DNA of 64,000 nucleotides from Escherichia coli (GTDB lineage Bacteria; Pseudomonadota; Gammaproteobacteria; Enterobacterales; Enterobacteriaceae): NCBI RefSeq assembly GCF_030013205.1, contig NZ_CP122648.1; one strand, 5' to 3'. Shown piece by piece: positions 18,762 to 30,836 of this stretch (position 1 is its first letter; each line of letters starts with the position of its first letter). The notes under the pieces were generated by a model. It saw only the letters and a program-made list of their open reading frames with translations, ran no database searches and was not told where the DNA came from. The position numbers and the translations under genes were made by a program.

Positions 18762-19781
18762 ATGACTTCTGAAAGCAACAGAATTGGGAAGATGGGTGTA
18801 AACTACATAGAAGGTGTATTGACAAGATGGGGATGGGGATATCAATCAATTTCGCAAGAAAATGATGATGGGTTTGATGGCTTAATATATATAAGATCTA
18901 AACGATTTGAGGCGAAAGATAAAGAAAACCGGAGTAAACAATCTTGGGAGTTCACTGGTGGGTTGATTCATGTACAAGTAAAAAGTGGAGATACATACAT
19001 TAGTAGTCGTAATAAAGATGAAATAAGGATCAAAATAAAAAACCTCAATGAAAAGAAGAAAATATGGTCTAGATCGTCTATTCTATGCATACTTGTATTT
19101 GTTTTTTGGGATCATAATGAAGTTGAGTATTCCTACTGGGCTGATCTTAAATCTGAATTAACTTATTGTGATAACAGTAGTACGCTAATAAAAATCCCCT
19201 TAAAAAATAGATTTATGAGATCCCAAGAGTGTAAGGGGCCTTTAAGACGACTTGCAAGGGTATCGGCCAACTATGCAGATAAGCCGCTGATAGATTTATC
19301 AAAATTTGACTCATTAAGTGGTAAGCTACCTACAAGTCTAAACAGTAACCTAAATTGTTCTTTGAAAAAGAAAGGTATTGAATTCTATCAGAAATGGCGA
19401 TTAATTGGGGCTACAAACCCTTATTTTGGTCCTGTTCTAATAAACAGAACTGGTTGGAGTCATATAACTCGACGAAATCGCCCAATAGCAAGAATTGAAG
19501 CAAGCTTTAATTTGTTACCTTTAGCAGCAAGAATTATAAATGATGTATCTACATGGCGAATGTTAACACCCGTACGACGGTATGATAATAGAAAGGATGG
19601 TTATGTTTGCTTTATAGATTTCGTTGGGTTAACAGCCAAAGTGAATTTAAAGAATCGCAACTCATCAGAAGTTATGGTTGTGTTAAAAAGGGAGAGGAGG
19701 TATAAACAGGGTGAAGACTGTTCCTCTGCGAAAACAAGATTATGGTTTTACACTGTTTATGAACCTGGAAGAGGAAAATAA
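18762..19781 (+). CDS. Uncharacterised 339-aa protein with N-terminal PD-(D/E)xK-like nuclease motif; candidate single-gene defence cargo
   Basis: ATG at 18762 with GAGGGA ribosome-binding site; motif DDGFDGLIYI ... HVQVKSG; AT-rich; lies between xis and int. Confidence 0.55.
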   Translation: MTSESNRIGKMGVNYIEGVLTRWGWGYQSISQENDDGFDGLIYIRSKRFEAKDKENRSKQSWEFTGGLIHVQVKSGDTYISSRNKDEIRIKIKNLNEKKKIWSRSSILCILVFVFWDHNEVEYSYWADLKSELTYCDNSSTLIKIPLKNRFMRSQECKGPLRRLARVSANYADKPLIDLSKFDSLSGKLPTSLNSNLNCSLKKKGIEFYQKWRLIGATNPYFGPVLINRTGWSHITRRNRPIARIEASFNLLPLAARIINDVSTWRMLTPVRRYDNRKDGYVCFIDFVGLTAKVNLKNRNSSEVMVVLKRERRYKQGEDCSSAKTRLWFYTVYEPGRGK

Positions 19782-19989
19782 ATTGAGGCGGTACAATCGC
19801 GCTCAGGCTGTCCCAGACGTGATGCATAACACCACCGGTTCCAGAATTTAAGGATCTGGACCTTCAATTATGCGTGTACCGCCTTATGCAACAATACTAT
19901 AAAATTATTAAACGTCAAGATGTTCAATAAGATTTGGGCTTTCATGCCACAACACGAAAGTTCATTTTATAACGTCTAAAGCTTTCACA

Positions 19990-20030
19990 ATGTCCGCTTT
20001 TCGCAGCTCAAAGCGGACAGTCATATTTGA
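19990..20030. terminator. Hairpin between the convergent 339-aa gene and int (possible bidirectional terminator)
   Basis: Inverted repeat GTCCGCTTT...AAAGCGGAC. Confidence 0.35.
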
Positions 20031-20052
20031 TTGTATTCTGGCTACTGGAGCC

Positions 20053-21276
20053 TCAGTTAGAGTCTGAGATAGTACAAGTAATGATCGATTCAACTCTCTC
20101 CCACCATGCCTGGTAGGCTTTACGCTGTTCTTCTAGATAATCGCTCTTATCATAAACTTGCCATACCCCTGGCAGTTTATGGCCGAGCATTATTTCTGCA
20201 ATATGAGGCGCAGTAAGATCAGAAAAGTTTGTTCGTGCTGTTCGCCTCAAATCATGAAGAGACCAATGAGGGAATTGATACCCCAAACGCCGCCATGCGT
20301 ACTGCATTAAATTGTAAGGCAGCGACTGCAATGATGTTCGTCCAACGGGTTCCCTGCTTCCTTCCTTAGTAAAAAGCATATCGGAACCATTGTTCATAGA
20401 GATAACGTACTTTATAAGCTCTTCAACCGGTTCAATAATGGGGCGCTTTAGCGGTTCGCCTGTTATATCCCCTGTCTTATGTCGTTCTGGCGGTACAGTC
20501 CATACCTTATTAATGAAATCAAAATCATCCACCCTAGCGGTAATTAGCTCTGAACTACGGCAGCCAAAATGCAGCAATAGTTTAATGAAGGCCCGGTATT
20601 TAGGAACCATTCGAGAACCATCGATCGCAGCATAAAGGATTTTAATTTCATCATGTGTCAGAAACCGTTTCTTCTGACCTTTACGGATATCCATATCTTT
20701 ACCCGTGATATCCGACAGCGGGCGGGTTTCAATGAGCTTTCTCTTATAGGCCCAGACATGGGCCTGCTTTGCGTTAATTAGCAATCGGTCTGCTATTGCT
20801 GGAGTCTTAGTGCTAAGAGGCTCTAAGACTTCTAACCAATCATGCAATGTAGCTGCATCGTGAGGGATACTCCCGATTTTAGAGAACAGGTGCAGCTCAA
20901 ACGAGCGGAGTATCTGTTCAGAACCTTTTTTATTTTTTACACAATATGCTTCATACCAGGCACGGATCACAGACTCTACCGTCATGGCTTCAGTAGCTTT
21001 TCGTTTTTCAGCCTGCTTGACCAATCGTGGATTACGGTTTGACTCGAGTTCACCACGAAGACGGAGAACTTCTTCTCTGGCCTCTTTTAATCCAGTTGCC
21101 GGGTAAGTTCCGATATCAAGACGCTCACCTTTCCCTGCCCATTGATAACGATATTGGAACACTACGCGACCTTTCGGTGATACTCTGACAGACAGACCAT
21201 CACGATCGGATTTAACCAAAACCTTATCACGTTCCTTTCCAACGACTGAACGCAACCACGCATCAGACAGCGCCAT
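20053..21276 (-). CDS. int: Tyrosine integrase (P4/CP4-57-type phage integrase)
   Basis: 407 aa; C-terminal catalytic region with HDLRRTARTNF and ...VWQVYDKSDY; adjacent to the prophage-host junction. Confidence 0.85.
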   Translation of the reverse strand: MALSDAWLRSVVGKERDKVLVKSDRDGLSVRVSPKGRVVFQYRYQWAGKGERLDIGTYPATGLKEAREEVLRLRGELESNRNPRLVKQAEKRKATEAMTVESVIRAWYEAYCVKNKKGSEQILRSFELHLFSKIGSIPHDAATLHDWLEVLEPLSTKTPAIADRLLINAKQAHVWAYKRKLIETRPLSDITGKDMDIRKGQKKRFLTHDEIKILYAAIDGSRMVPKYRAFIKLLLHFGCRSSELITARVDDFDFINKVWTVPPERHKTGDITGEPLKRPIIEPVEELIKYVISMNNGSDMLFTKEGSREPVGRTSLQSLPYNLMQYAWRRLGYQFPHWSLHDLRRTARTNFSDLTAPHIAEIMLGHKLPGVWQVYDKSDYLEEQRKAYQAWWERVESIITCTISDSN

Positions 21277-21496
21277 TACTCACCTTGTACAAATCGCAAA
21301 ACACCTCTGCTGCTTTGTACATTATGTACAAGTATATGTACAGATTTTTGATGAAAGCAAGCTGATCGATTTAAAGTTACATGAAAGAATTTTCAATTAA
21401 AGAAGCCACATAACCAAATGTATTTAAATGAGTTATATAGCTCAACCTCAATTAACTGAAAGGATTTTGAAAGAGTAAAAGAGCTTTAATTTGGGC

Positions 21497-21571
21497 TTAA
21501 TTATTGGGGTGAGAAATAATGGCAAAAGTGCGGCGCTTCGCCACCTCTTGCAAATAAGGAGACAACGTCAT
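21497..21571 (-). pseudogene. prfC: prfC 5' fragment: native start and first 23 codons of peptide chain release factor 3, then prophage sequence
   Basis: Reverse complement reads ATGACGTTGTCTCCTTATTTGCAAGAGGTGGCGAAGCGCCGCACTTTTGCCATTATTTCTCACCC = [22 protein letters not shown], then NN-stop instead of DAGKTT. Confidence 0.8.
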
Positions 21572-21661
21572 AATTCTTTCTTCTTGAGTAAGCGGCATCG
21601 CGCCGCGCTTGTTGAAAACGAAAAATTGCGGCTATTTTACCCATCAACGGGGGGGAGGCAA

Positions 21662-22339
21662 TCAGTGTTTACACAGGAGCTGCTCCAGTTCGTGCAACGA
21701 TGAAACGGTCCAGGTGGGCGCGATGCCTTCTGGTTGCTCGCGATGGTGCGCATTCAGCCAGCAGGTCGCAAGCCCGGCGTTGATGCCACCGAGAATATCG
21801 GACTCAGCAGTGTCGCCAACCATCAGCACGCGTGAACGGTCAGGATTGCCCGCCTGTTCCAGCGCATAATCGAAAATTTTCTTATTCGGTTTAGCAACGC
21901 CAACTTCTTCGGAAATCACCAGCAAATCGAAGTAATCACGCAGGCCCGTACGTTCCAGACGCACTTGCTGCAAGGCGCTAAAGCCGTTGGTGATGATGCC
22001 GATTTTGGCGTTGCCACGAATGGAGTTAAGCAGAGAAACCGCGCCCGGCAGCGGCGTACAGATTTCCGCCATCGCATTAATAAAGGCTTCGTTGAGTTTA
22101 CCCGGCTCGACGTTCAGCCGTTCGGCCCAGCTCTCAAACCGCCCGTGCTGAAGCTGTAATGAAGTGATCGCGCCGTTTTGATAATCCACCCACAGTGGCT
22201 TGTTAACGGCCTGATAGTCCTGAAAATCTTCAGCGGTAAAGGTGACGCTGTAATCAAGAAACATCCGCTGCAGGCCGGTGAATGAGTCAAAGGTAAACAG
22301 CGTTTCATCGGCATCAAAGAAAATCCAGTCCCACTTCAT
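21662..22339 (-). CDS. yjjG: Pyrimidine 5'-nucleotidase YjjG (HAD family)
   Basis: 225 aa, HAD motif FFDADETL at the N-terminus; conserved neighbour of rimI. Confidence 0.9.
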   Translation of the reverse strand: MKWDWIFFDADETLFTFDSFTGLQRMFLDYSVTFTAEDFQDYQAVNKPLWVDYQNGAITSLQLQHGRFESWAERLNVEPGKLNEAFINAMAEICTPLPGAVSLLNSIRGNAKIGIITNGFSALQQVRLERTGLRDYFDLLVISEEVGVAKPNKKIFDYALEQAGNPDRSRVLMVGDTAESDILGGINAGLATCWLNAHHREQPEGIAPTWTVSSLHELEQLLCKH

Positions 22340-22353
22340 TATTCCACCTTGTA

Positions 22354-22800
22354 TTACATACTGATTGGCAACGCCATGATGATGGCGTCTTCGCGACCGT
22401 CCGTGGTGGGGTAGTAATTGCGGCGAATCGTCGCCTCGTTAAAGCCTAAACTTTCGTACAGGGCAATGGCGGCAGCGTTTGAGGCACGGACTTCCAGCCA
22501 TAGCGTCGCCACACCGCGTTTTTCCAGTTCGTCGATCAGATGTTCCAGCAGCGCCCTTCCCAATCCCTGACGCTGATAGTCGGGATCGACCGCAATATTG
22601 AACAATGTAGCTTCATCCAGCACCACTTGCGTAATCGCAAACGCCGCCATTTTGCCGTTTTGCGTTAACTGAAAGTTGAGATAACGCTCGCCCTGGTTGC
22701 TGGCAAAGGTTTTTTCACTCCACGGAAAGGCGTGGGCGCGTTGTTCAATGTGGTAAGCCGCCGGTAAATCAGTCGTTTCGAGGGAAGAAATCGTGTTCAT
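22354..22800 (-). CDS. rimI: Ribosomal protein S18 alanine N-acetyltransferase
   Basis: 148 aa GNAT protein with Q/R-x-x-G-x-G/A motif (RQGLGRALL); overlaps holD as in K-12. Confidence 0.9.
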   Translation of the reverse strand: MNTISSLETTDLPAAYHIEQRAHAFPWSEKTFASNQGERYLNFQLTQNGKMAAFAITQVVLDEATLFNIAVDPDYQRQGLGRALLEHLIDELEKRGVATLWLEVRASNAAAIALYESLGFNEATIRRNYYPTTDGREDAIIMALPISM

Positions 22801-23182
22801 ATGTGCAAATTTGTTGCCATAACGCGGCGCGTGCCGTTGGGTTTGCCCGTAATTCGGTGAGCGCCGGTGATGCCACCTGAGCGCCTTCCAGTGATAGCGG
22901 TTCGTCAGTACCCAACCGCCAGCTGTTGCAGCGACTGCCTTGCGGCAGCATCGCGATTTTTTCTGGCGTCAGTTGCAGCACCTGGTCGGGGCTGACGGTT
23001 AATGCGCGCAGAACATCGCTCACTAAAGGATCAGTCAGGGCGGGAAGATCGTTTGCCACCATCACCAGACGGACGTGTGCCGGGATCGCAATGGCAATCT
23101 CCCCCTGCAACGCGCCAGGGCGACGCAGCGACCACTGGGTAATGCCCAGTTGCTGTAACTGCCAGTCTCGTCGGGATGTCAT
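22769..23182 (-). CDS. holD: DNA polymerase III psi subunit
   Basis: 137 aa, MTSRRDWQLQQLGITQW...; position between rsmC and rimI. Confidence 0.9.
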   Translation of the reverse strand: MTSRRDWQLQQLGITQWSLRRPGALQGEIAIAIPAHVRLVMVANDLPALTDPLVSDVLRALTVSPDQVLQLTPEKIAMLPQGSRCNSWRLGTDEPLSLEGAQVASPALTELRANPTARAALWQQICTYEHDFFPRND

Positions 23183-23284
23183 AGCGAATCGCTCCTGTTG
23201 TCAGGGGCGCAAATATAGCAAATTCGTCGATACCGCGCCAACATATGGCTATAATCGCCGCCAGTATCAATTGAGGAGCATTCC

Positions 23285-24316
23285 ATGTCTGCATTTACCC
23301 CGGCAAGTGAAGTCTTGCTGCGTCACAGTGATGATTTCGAACAAAGCCGTATTCTGTTTGCCGGAGACTTACAGGATGACCTGCCCGCGCGTTTAGATAC
23401 CGCGGCCAGCCGTGCTCATACCCAGCAATTCCACCACTGGCAGGTGTTAAGCCGCCAGATGGGGGATAACGCCCGTTTTAGTCTGGTCGCCACGGCGGAT
23501 GACGTCGCAGATTGCGATACGCTGATTTACTACTGGCCGAAGAACAAACCGGAAGCCCAGTTCCAGTTGATGAATTTACTTTCTCTGCTGCCAGTGGGGA
23601 CAGATATTTTTGTCGTTGGCGAGAACCGCAGCGGCGTGCGCAGCGCCGAGCAGATGCTGGCAGATTATGCGCCGTTGAATAAAGTCGACAGCGCTCGTCG
23701 CTGTGGCCTCTATTTTGGTCGTCTGGAAAAACAGCCGGTATTTGATGCCGATAAATTCTGGGGCGAATACAGCGTCGATGGCCTGACGGTCAAAACGCTG
23801 CCTGGCGTGTTTAGCCGCGACGGTCTGGATGTCGGTAGCCAGTTGCTGCTCTCGACGTTAACTCCGCACACGAAAGGTAAAGTGCTGGATGTCGGCTGTG
23901 GCGCGGGTGTGCTTTCAGTTGCCTTTGCGCGCCATTCGCCGAAAATCCGTCTCACCTTGTGCGATGTCTCTGCCCCGGCGGTAGAAGCCAGCCGCGCGAC
24001 GCTTGCGGCCAACGGTGTTGAAGGTGAAGTCTTTGCCAGCAACGTCTTTTCCGAGGTGAAAGGTCGTTTTGATATGATCATCTCCAACCCGCCGTTCCAC
24101 GATGGGATGCAAACCAGCCTGGATGCGGCGCAAACGCTGATTCGCGGTGCGGTGCGTCATCTTAATAGCGGCGGCGAGCTGCGAATTGTAGCGAACGCCT
24201 TCCTGCCTTATCCGGACGTGCTGGATGAGACATTTGGCTTCCATGAAGTTATCGCGCAAACCGGGCGTTTCAAGGTGTATCGCGCCATTATGACCCGCCA
24301 GGCGAAGAAAGGTTAA
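23285..24316 (+). CDS. rsmC: 16S rRNA (guanine1207-N2)-methyltransferase
   Basis: 343 aa, SAM-binding VLDVGCGAG and NPPFH motifs. Confidence 0.9.
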   Translation: MSAFTPASEVLLRHSDDFEQSRILFAGDLQDDLPARLDTAASRAHTQQFHHWQVLSRQMGDNARFSLVATADDVADCDTLIYYWPKNKPEAQFQLMNLLSLLPVGTDIFVVGENRSGVRSAEQMLADYAPLNKVDSARRCGLYFGRLEKQPVFDADKFWGEYSVDGLTVKTLPGVFSRDGLDVGSQLLLSTLTPHTKGKVLDVGCGAGVLSVAFARHSPKIRLTLCDVSAPAVEASRATLAANGVEGEVFASNVFSEVKGRFDMIISNPPFHDGMQTSLDAAQTLIRGAVRHLNSGGELRIVANAFLPYPDVLDETFGFHEVIAQTGRFKVYRAIMTRQAKKG

Positions 24317-24325
24317 TTATCTCGC

Positions 24326-24487
<162 letters not shown>

Positions 24488-24624
24488 CCAAACCTGCACG
24501 TTAGTTTCCTGATGGACATTTTTTCAGCAATTACACCTCCGGCGATAATTAACTATTGACGAAAAGCTGAAAACCACTAGAATGCGCCTCCGTGGTAGCA
24601 ATTCTTTTTAAGAATTGATGGTAT

Positions 24625-24711
24625 GCGAAGGTGGCGGAATTGGTAGACGCGCTAGCTTCAGGTGTTAGTGTCCTTACGGACGTGGGGGTTCAAGTCCCCC
24701 CCCTCGCACCA
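24625..24711 (+). tRNA. leuV: tRNA-Leu (CAG), copy 1 of 3
   Basis: 87-nt GCGAAGGTGGCGGAATTGGTAGACGCGCTAGCTTCAGGTGTTAGTGTCCTTACGGACGTGGGGGTTCAAGTCCCCCCCCTCGCACCA; copy-to-gene-name assignment is by map order. Confidence 0.9.
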
Positions 24712-24739
24712 AAAACCACGTTGATATTGCTCGCACTGG

Positions 24740-24826
24740 GCGAAGGTGGCGGAATTGGTAGACGCGCTAGCTTCAGGTGTTAGTGTTCTTACGGACGTGG
24801 GGGTTCAAGTCCCCCCCCTCGCACCA
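24740..24826 (+). tRNA. leuP: tRNA-Leu (CAG), copy 2 of 3 (one variable-loop difference)
   Basis: Same 87-nt sequence with GTTCTT instead of GTCCTT. Confidence 0.9.
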
Positions 24827-24860
24827 AACGAGGCGATATCAAAAAAAGTAAGATGACTGT

Positions 24861-24947
24861 GCGAAGGTGGCGGAATTGGTAGACGCGCTAGCTTCAGGTG
24901 TTAGTGTCCTTACGGACGTGGGGGTTCAAGTCCCCCCCCTCGCACCA
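24861..24947 (+). tRNA. leuQ: tRNA-Leu (CAG), copy 3 of 3
   Basis: Identical to copy 1. Confidence 0.9.
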
Positions 24948-24985
24948 ATTATCTTTACTTCCTTTCTTGTTTCTTCCTTGATTTT

Positions 24986-25222
24986 TCATCCCTGATTCAA
25001 ATTCATTATCATCAGCATGATGGCAGCAATAAGCGCCAGGCACGATGGTAGCAAAACGTAATGCCGTAACTGTTTGTGATACAGCATCACCGGCGTCAAT
25101 ACTAATCCCATCAGAATGACAATCCGCCACTGATCCGGCGATAAATCCGCATACATCAGCCCTGCAATCAGCAATCCCGGCAGCAACACTCCCCAGCCAC
25201 TGCCCAGCGTACGTTGCAACAT
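24986..25222 (-). CDS. yjjZ: Small membrane protein YjjZ (78 aa)
   Basis: MLQRTLGSGWGVLLPGLLIAGLMY... from ATG at 25222; the track ORF carries an upstream extension. Confidence 0.7.
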   Translation of the reverse strand: MLQRTLGSGWGVLLPGLLIAGLMYADLSPDQWRIVILMGLVLTPVMLYHKQLRHYVLLPSCLALIAAIMLMIMNLNQG

Positions 25223-25362
25223 GGTTTCATCTCTTTCATTGATAATGATAACCAATATCATATGATAATTTTTATCATTTGCAAGCCAGAGAAATCCCTT
25301 GCTATCGGGTAAACCTATCGCTAGGATTAGCAATCATTATCATTTAGATTACTATCACGATT

Positions 25363-26151
25363 ATGGCCTATCGTTCCGCACCGCTCTATGAAGATATCAT
25401 CTGGCGAACGCATCTCCAGCCACAGGATGCTGGGCTTGCACAAGCCGTACGTGCGACGATCGCCGAACATCGTGAACATTTGCTGGAGTTTATCCGCCTG
25501 GATGAACCCGCTCCGCTTAACGCCATGACGCTGGCGCAATGGTCATCACCGAATGCGCTAAGTTCTCTACTCGCGGTCTATTCCGATCATATCTATCGCA
25601 ACCAACCAACGATGATCCGCGAGAACAAACCGCTGATCTCACTATGGGCACAATGGTATATCGGCCTGATGGTGCCACCATTAATGCTGGCGCTACTGAC
25701 GCAGGAAAAAGCATTAGATGTGTCGCCGGAACATTTCCATGCTGAGTTTCACGAAACCGGCCGTGCCGCCTGTTTCTGGGTCGATGTGTGTGACGATAAA
25801 AACGCAACACCACATTCGCCGCAGCAGCGAATGGAAACGTTAATCAGCCAGGCGCTGGTTCCGGTTGTGCAGGCACTAGAAGCGACCGGAGAGATCAACG
25901 GCAAACTTATCTGGAGTAATACCGGTTATTTGATCAACTGGTATCTCACTGAGATGAAGCAACTGCTCGGCGAGGCGACGGTTGAATCGCTGCGCCATGC
26001 CATCTTTTTTGAGAAAACGCTCACGAACGGTGAAGATAATCCACTCTGGCGTACCGTGGTACTGCGCGACGGCCTGCTGGTGCGCCGCACTTGCTGCCAG
26101 CGTTATCGCTTACCGGATGTGCAGCAATGTGGCGATTGTACGCTGAAATGA
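25363..26151 (+). CDS. fhuF: Ferric-siderophore reductase FhuF (2Fe-2S)
   Basis: 262 aa, C-terminal C-C-x10-C-x2-C motif (TCCQRYRLPDVQQCGDC). Confidence 0.9.
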   Translation: MAYRSAPLYEDIIWRTHLQPQDAGLAQAVRATIAEHREHLLEFIRLDEPAPLNAMTLAQWSSPNALSSLLAVYSDHIYRNQPTMIRENKPLISLWAQWYIGLMVPPLMLALLTQEKALDVSPEHFHAEFHETGRAACFWVDVCDDKNATPHSPQQRMETLISQALVPVVQALEATGEINGKLIWSNTGYLINWYLTEMKQLLGEATVESLRHAIFFEKTLTNGEDNPLWRTVVLRDGLLVRRTCCQRYRLPDVQQCGDCTLK

Positions 26152-26188
26152 AAGCACTGCCGGGGAAGTAAACCCGGCATCATGCGGA

Positions 26189-26866
26189 TTAATAGGGATG
26201 CAACACATTACTTGCTTCGCAATGCCGCATACATAACAGAATATCTGCGGCCTCCAACAATCCTGCATCAGAACTGACGCCCAGTTTCGACATCACATTA
26301 AATTTATGCGCGCGGATCGTTTTGATATTGCGTTTAAGCTGCTCGGCAATTTGTGTCATTGAGTAGCCACGCGACATAAAGCGCAATATTTCTCTCTCCG
26401 TCGGGCTTAGCGTCCGGCTTTGGTTAATGTACCACTGATTGTTCAGTCGGTCGGTCGCCTGACGTACACCATTTAATGACAAAAAGAGTTCCTGATGAAA
26501 AATCTCCAGCGTTGACGCTTTACTTAATACACCGTCCAGCGGTGATGGCGACAATGAACCAATCAGCCGAGCTTCAATATCATCATCCGCAATAACTAAA
26601 CGCCGGGTACGCGGAAACTTAATCGCCAGTTCAGTCAGGCAAGATAATCCCTCTCTGCGCTCACTTCTCATGGCAGAAAAAGAAAAAATGACCGCCGCAA
26701 ACGAGATCCGCGACATGGCATCCTGAAATGACTCCTGACTGGTATAGGTATGGAGCTTATAAGGGTTGCCCGCAAACTTTCTGAATAAACTCTCAATACC
26801 GATACTACTCATGACGCATTTTTCTATGAGTGCGACATTTCTCTTCTTAATTCGGCTGTGTTCCAT
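26189..26866 (-). CDS. bglJ: LuxR-family transcriptional activator BglJ
   Basis: 225 aa with C-terminal LuxR HTH; overlaps yjjQ. Confidence 0.85.
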
Positions 26867-27549
26867 TCTGCGGCATCTCCATAAACAGAAGGCAAGTTAA
26901 GTTCTCTTGCACCCTGCGCGCTATTTATCCATGCATACATTTCAGCGTTGCTGTGAATTGCCAGTCGACGCATCGCACTGTTTTTTTGGGCGCTGATAGT
27001 TTTATTACTTTTCTTAAGCAATGAAGCTATCTGGTTGATGCCCCATCCTTTACCTAATAGCCGCAGTACCTTGCGCTCTGAAAGAGTGAGAATGACGGAG
27101 CGATAGCTAAAATCATGAGTTTCAGTCATTGCCGGGGAGGTCAGCATGGCGCTGATACGCTCTGCGTGCGTATTGCCGGAACGTACGGTCTTGACCAGAT
27201 TCTCAATGGGTTCAACATCAGACAATAACGTCGCCGTAGGGCACATGAGCAGTTCTACTGCCTGGGAATACCAGGAGCGTGACACCATGAAAACCCAGTG
27301 AATTTCCCGATATTGTGAGATTAAAGAATAATAATGTTCACAAACAGAACGTGGATCTTCACTTTCACCGGCTAAATCAGCAATGACTAATCCGGAACGA
27401 CGTAATTGTAATAAGGTAAGGTCCTCCGCAGAGGCGCTGGATATTATTTCATATTCAGGGAAGTGAGTCCTCATGACCTCTTTTAACCCTGCTTGCATAA
27501 CAGGTATTTTACTGATAACAATTCCATTTTTGCAGCATCCTGGCAACAT
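26824..27549 (-). CDS. yjjQ: LuxR-family regulator YjjQ
   Basis: 241 aa with C-terminal LuxR HTH; AT-rich upstream region. Confidence 0.85.
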
Positions 27550-28167
27550 ATTTCCTCCACATCCACTGTCTAAAAATCATGATGGTTTATTCAGGATATT
27601 CATTCCTTAAATGTTTCCAGCAAATTAATAGATTAAGCGAATAAATTATCCTTAGCATTCACTTTCATATCAGCATACTCCTGCTGCACAACAACTCCAC
27701 TGCATGTGTCAGAAGGTTAGCATCAAATGATAACCTGGTGAAATAGCCTGGAGACATTTAAAATATCTACATTAAGTTGTTAGAAATACTTAATGAAAAA
27801 CAGAAATATCATTCATTTAATTTATAATTCAATGATACCTCTTCCCGCAAAATGCAAAATCACACAACCAATATTTATTCAATAAAATCTGATTGTTTTA
27901 ACTTATTGGCATTAAAAAACGCGCCCAGTTATCTATTATCCTGATTCGTAAAGGCCAAACAATAAATTCATTATGGTGATAATATTCATGTGATAATTTG
28001 TTTGCGGCGAGAGATAATTCGCTTTTTATCACCGAGCTTCTCCCGATAACCAGGATTAATCAGCGCAATTTTGATCTTAACCTACCGCAAAACAACCGTG
28101 CTTCATGATACAAATGAATTCTCATTATCTGAACAATACGCAGCACGTCTATGACAAAGGGCGAGTT

Positions 28168-29402
<1,235 letters not shown>

Positions 29403-29508
29403 AATTGCCTCGCTTAAGCACACGGATGAGAGACAGCCTCCTCTCCTCCGTGTGTTACTATAAAAGTTATCTCCCTTCTCGTTCATCGTTCCATATTTGA
29501 GAAACAGT

Positions 29509-30048
29509 ATGTCTTCCAGAGTTTTGACCCCGGACGTCGTTGGTATTGACGCCCTGGTACACGATCACCAAACCGTTCTGGCAAAAGCTGAAGGCGGTGT
29601 GGTTGCCGTATTTGCTAACAATGCCCCGGCGTTTTATGCCGTCACGCCTGCACGCCTGGCTGAACTGCTGGCGCTGGAAGAAAAGCTGGCGCGTCCGGGA
29701 AGCGATGTCGCTCTGGACGATCAACTCTATCAGGAACCGCAAGCCGCTCCCGTTGCTGTCCCCATGGGGAAATTCGCCATGTATCCGGACTGGCAACCCG
29801 ATGCCGACTTTATCCGCCTGGCGGCGCTATGGGGCGTGGCGCTAAGAGAGCCGGTGACCACCGAAGAACTGGCCTCATTCATTGCCTACTGGCAGGCGGA
29901 AGGTAAAGTCTTTCACCATGTGCAGTGGCAACAAAAACTGGCGCGCAGCCTGCAAATCGGTCGTGCCAGCAACGGCGGACTGCCGAAACGAGATGTGAAT
30001 ACGGTCAGCGAACCTGACAGCCAAATTCCACCAGGATTCAGAGGGTAA
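29509..30048 (+). CDS. dnaT: Primosomal protein 1 (DnaT)
   Basis: 179 aa from [10 protein letters not shown]...; followed by dnaC. Confidence 0.9.
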
Positions 30049-30050
30049 CG

Positions 30051-30788
30051 ATGAAAAACGTTGGCGACCTGATGCAACGCCTGCAAAAAATGATGCCTGC
30101 CCATATCAAACCTGCATTCAAAACGGGTGAAGAGCTACTGGCCTGGCAGAAAGAACAAGGGGCGATCCGCTCCGCCGCTCTCGAACGTGAAAATCGGGCG
30201 ATGAAAATGCAGCGCACCTTTAACCGCTCCGGTATTCGTCCACTGCATCAGAACTGCTCCTTTGAGAACTATCGCGTTGAGTGTGAAGGGCAGATGAATG
30301 CGTTAAGCAAAGCGCGCCAGTATGTCGAAGAGTTTGACGGCAACATCGCCAGCTTCATCTTTTCTGGTAAGCCAGGAACCGGCAAAAACCATCTGGCGGC
30401 GGCAATCTGCAACGAGCTGCTGCTACGCGGTAAATCCGTATTGATCATCACCGTGGCCGATATTATGTCGGCGATGAAAGATACCTTCAGGAATAGCGGT
30501 ACCAGTGAAGAACAACTGCTTAACGATCTGAGCAACGTTGATCTGCTGGTGATCGATGAGATCGGCGTGCAGACCGAATCGAAATACGAAAAAGTGATCA
30601 TCAACCAGATCGTCGATCGCCGCTCTTCTTCCAAACGCCCAACCGGGATGCTGACCAACAGTAATATGGAAGAGATGACCAAGTTGCTGGGCGAACGCGT
30701 GATGGACCGTATGCGCCTGGGTAACAGTTTGTGGGTGATCTTCAACTGGGATAGCTACCGTAGCCGGGTAACAGGTAAAGAGTATTAA
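30051..30788 (+). CDS. dnaC: Helicase loader DnaC (AAA+)
   Basis: 245 aa, Walker A GKPGTGKNHL and Walker B LLVIDE. Confidence 0.95.
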   Translation: MKNVGDLMQRLQKMMPAHIKPAFKTGEELLAWQKEQGAIRSAALERENRAMKMQRTFNRSGIRPLHQNCSFENYRVECEGQMNALSKARQYVEEFDGNIASFIFSGKPGTGKNHLAAAICNELLLRGKSVLIITVADIMSAMKDTFRNSGTSEEQLLNDLSNVDLLVIDEIGVQTESKYEKVIINQIVDRRSSSKRPTGMLTNSNMEEMTKLLGERVMDRMRLGNSLWVIFNWDSYRSRVTGKEY

Positions 30789-30836
30789 TCCCCGTTTCTG
30801 GCGGTATACTGCGACACAATTCCACCTTGAGTAATG

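Noticed and set aside
24625-24947. tRNA-Leu array as the prophage attachment site
   Set aside because: The integrase and junction are four genes away (beyond rsmC, holD, rimI, yjjG), and the junction sequence lies inside prfC.
24894-25130. 78-aa minus-strand ORF overlapping the third tRNA-Leu
   Set aside because: Overlaps a tRNA gene; the real yjjZ is the different 78-aa frame at 24986-25222.
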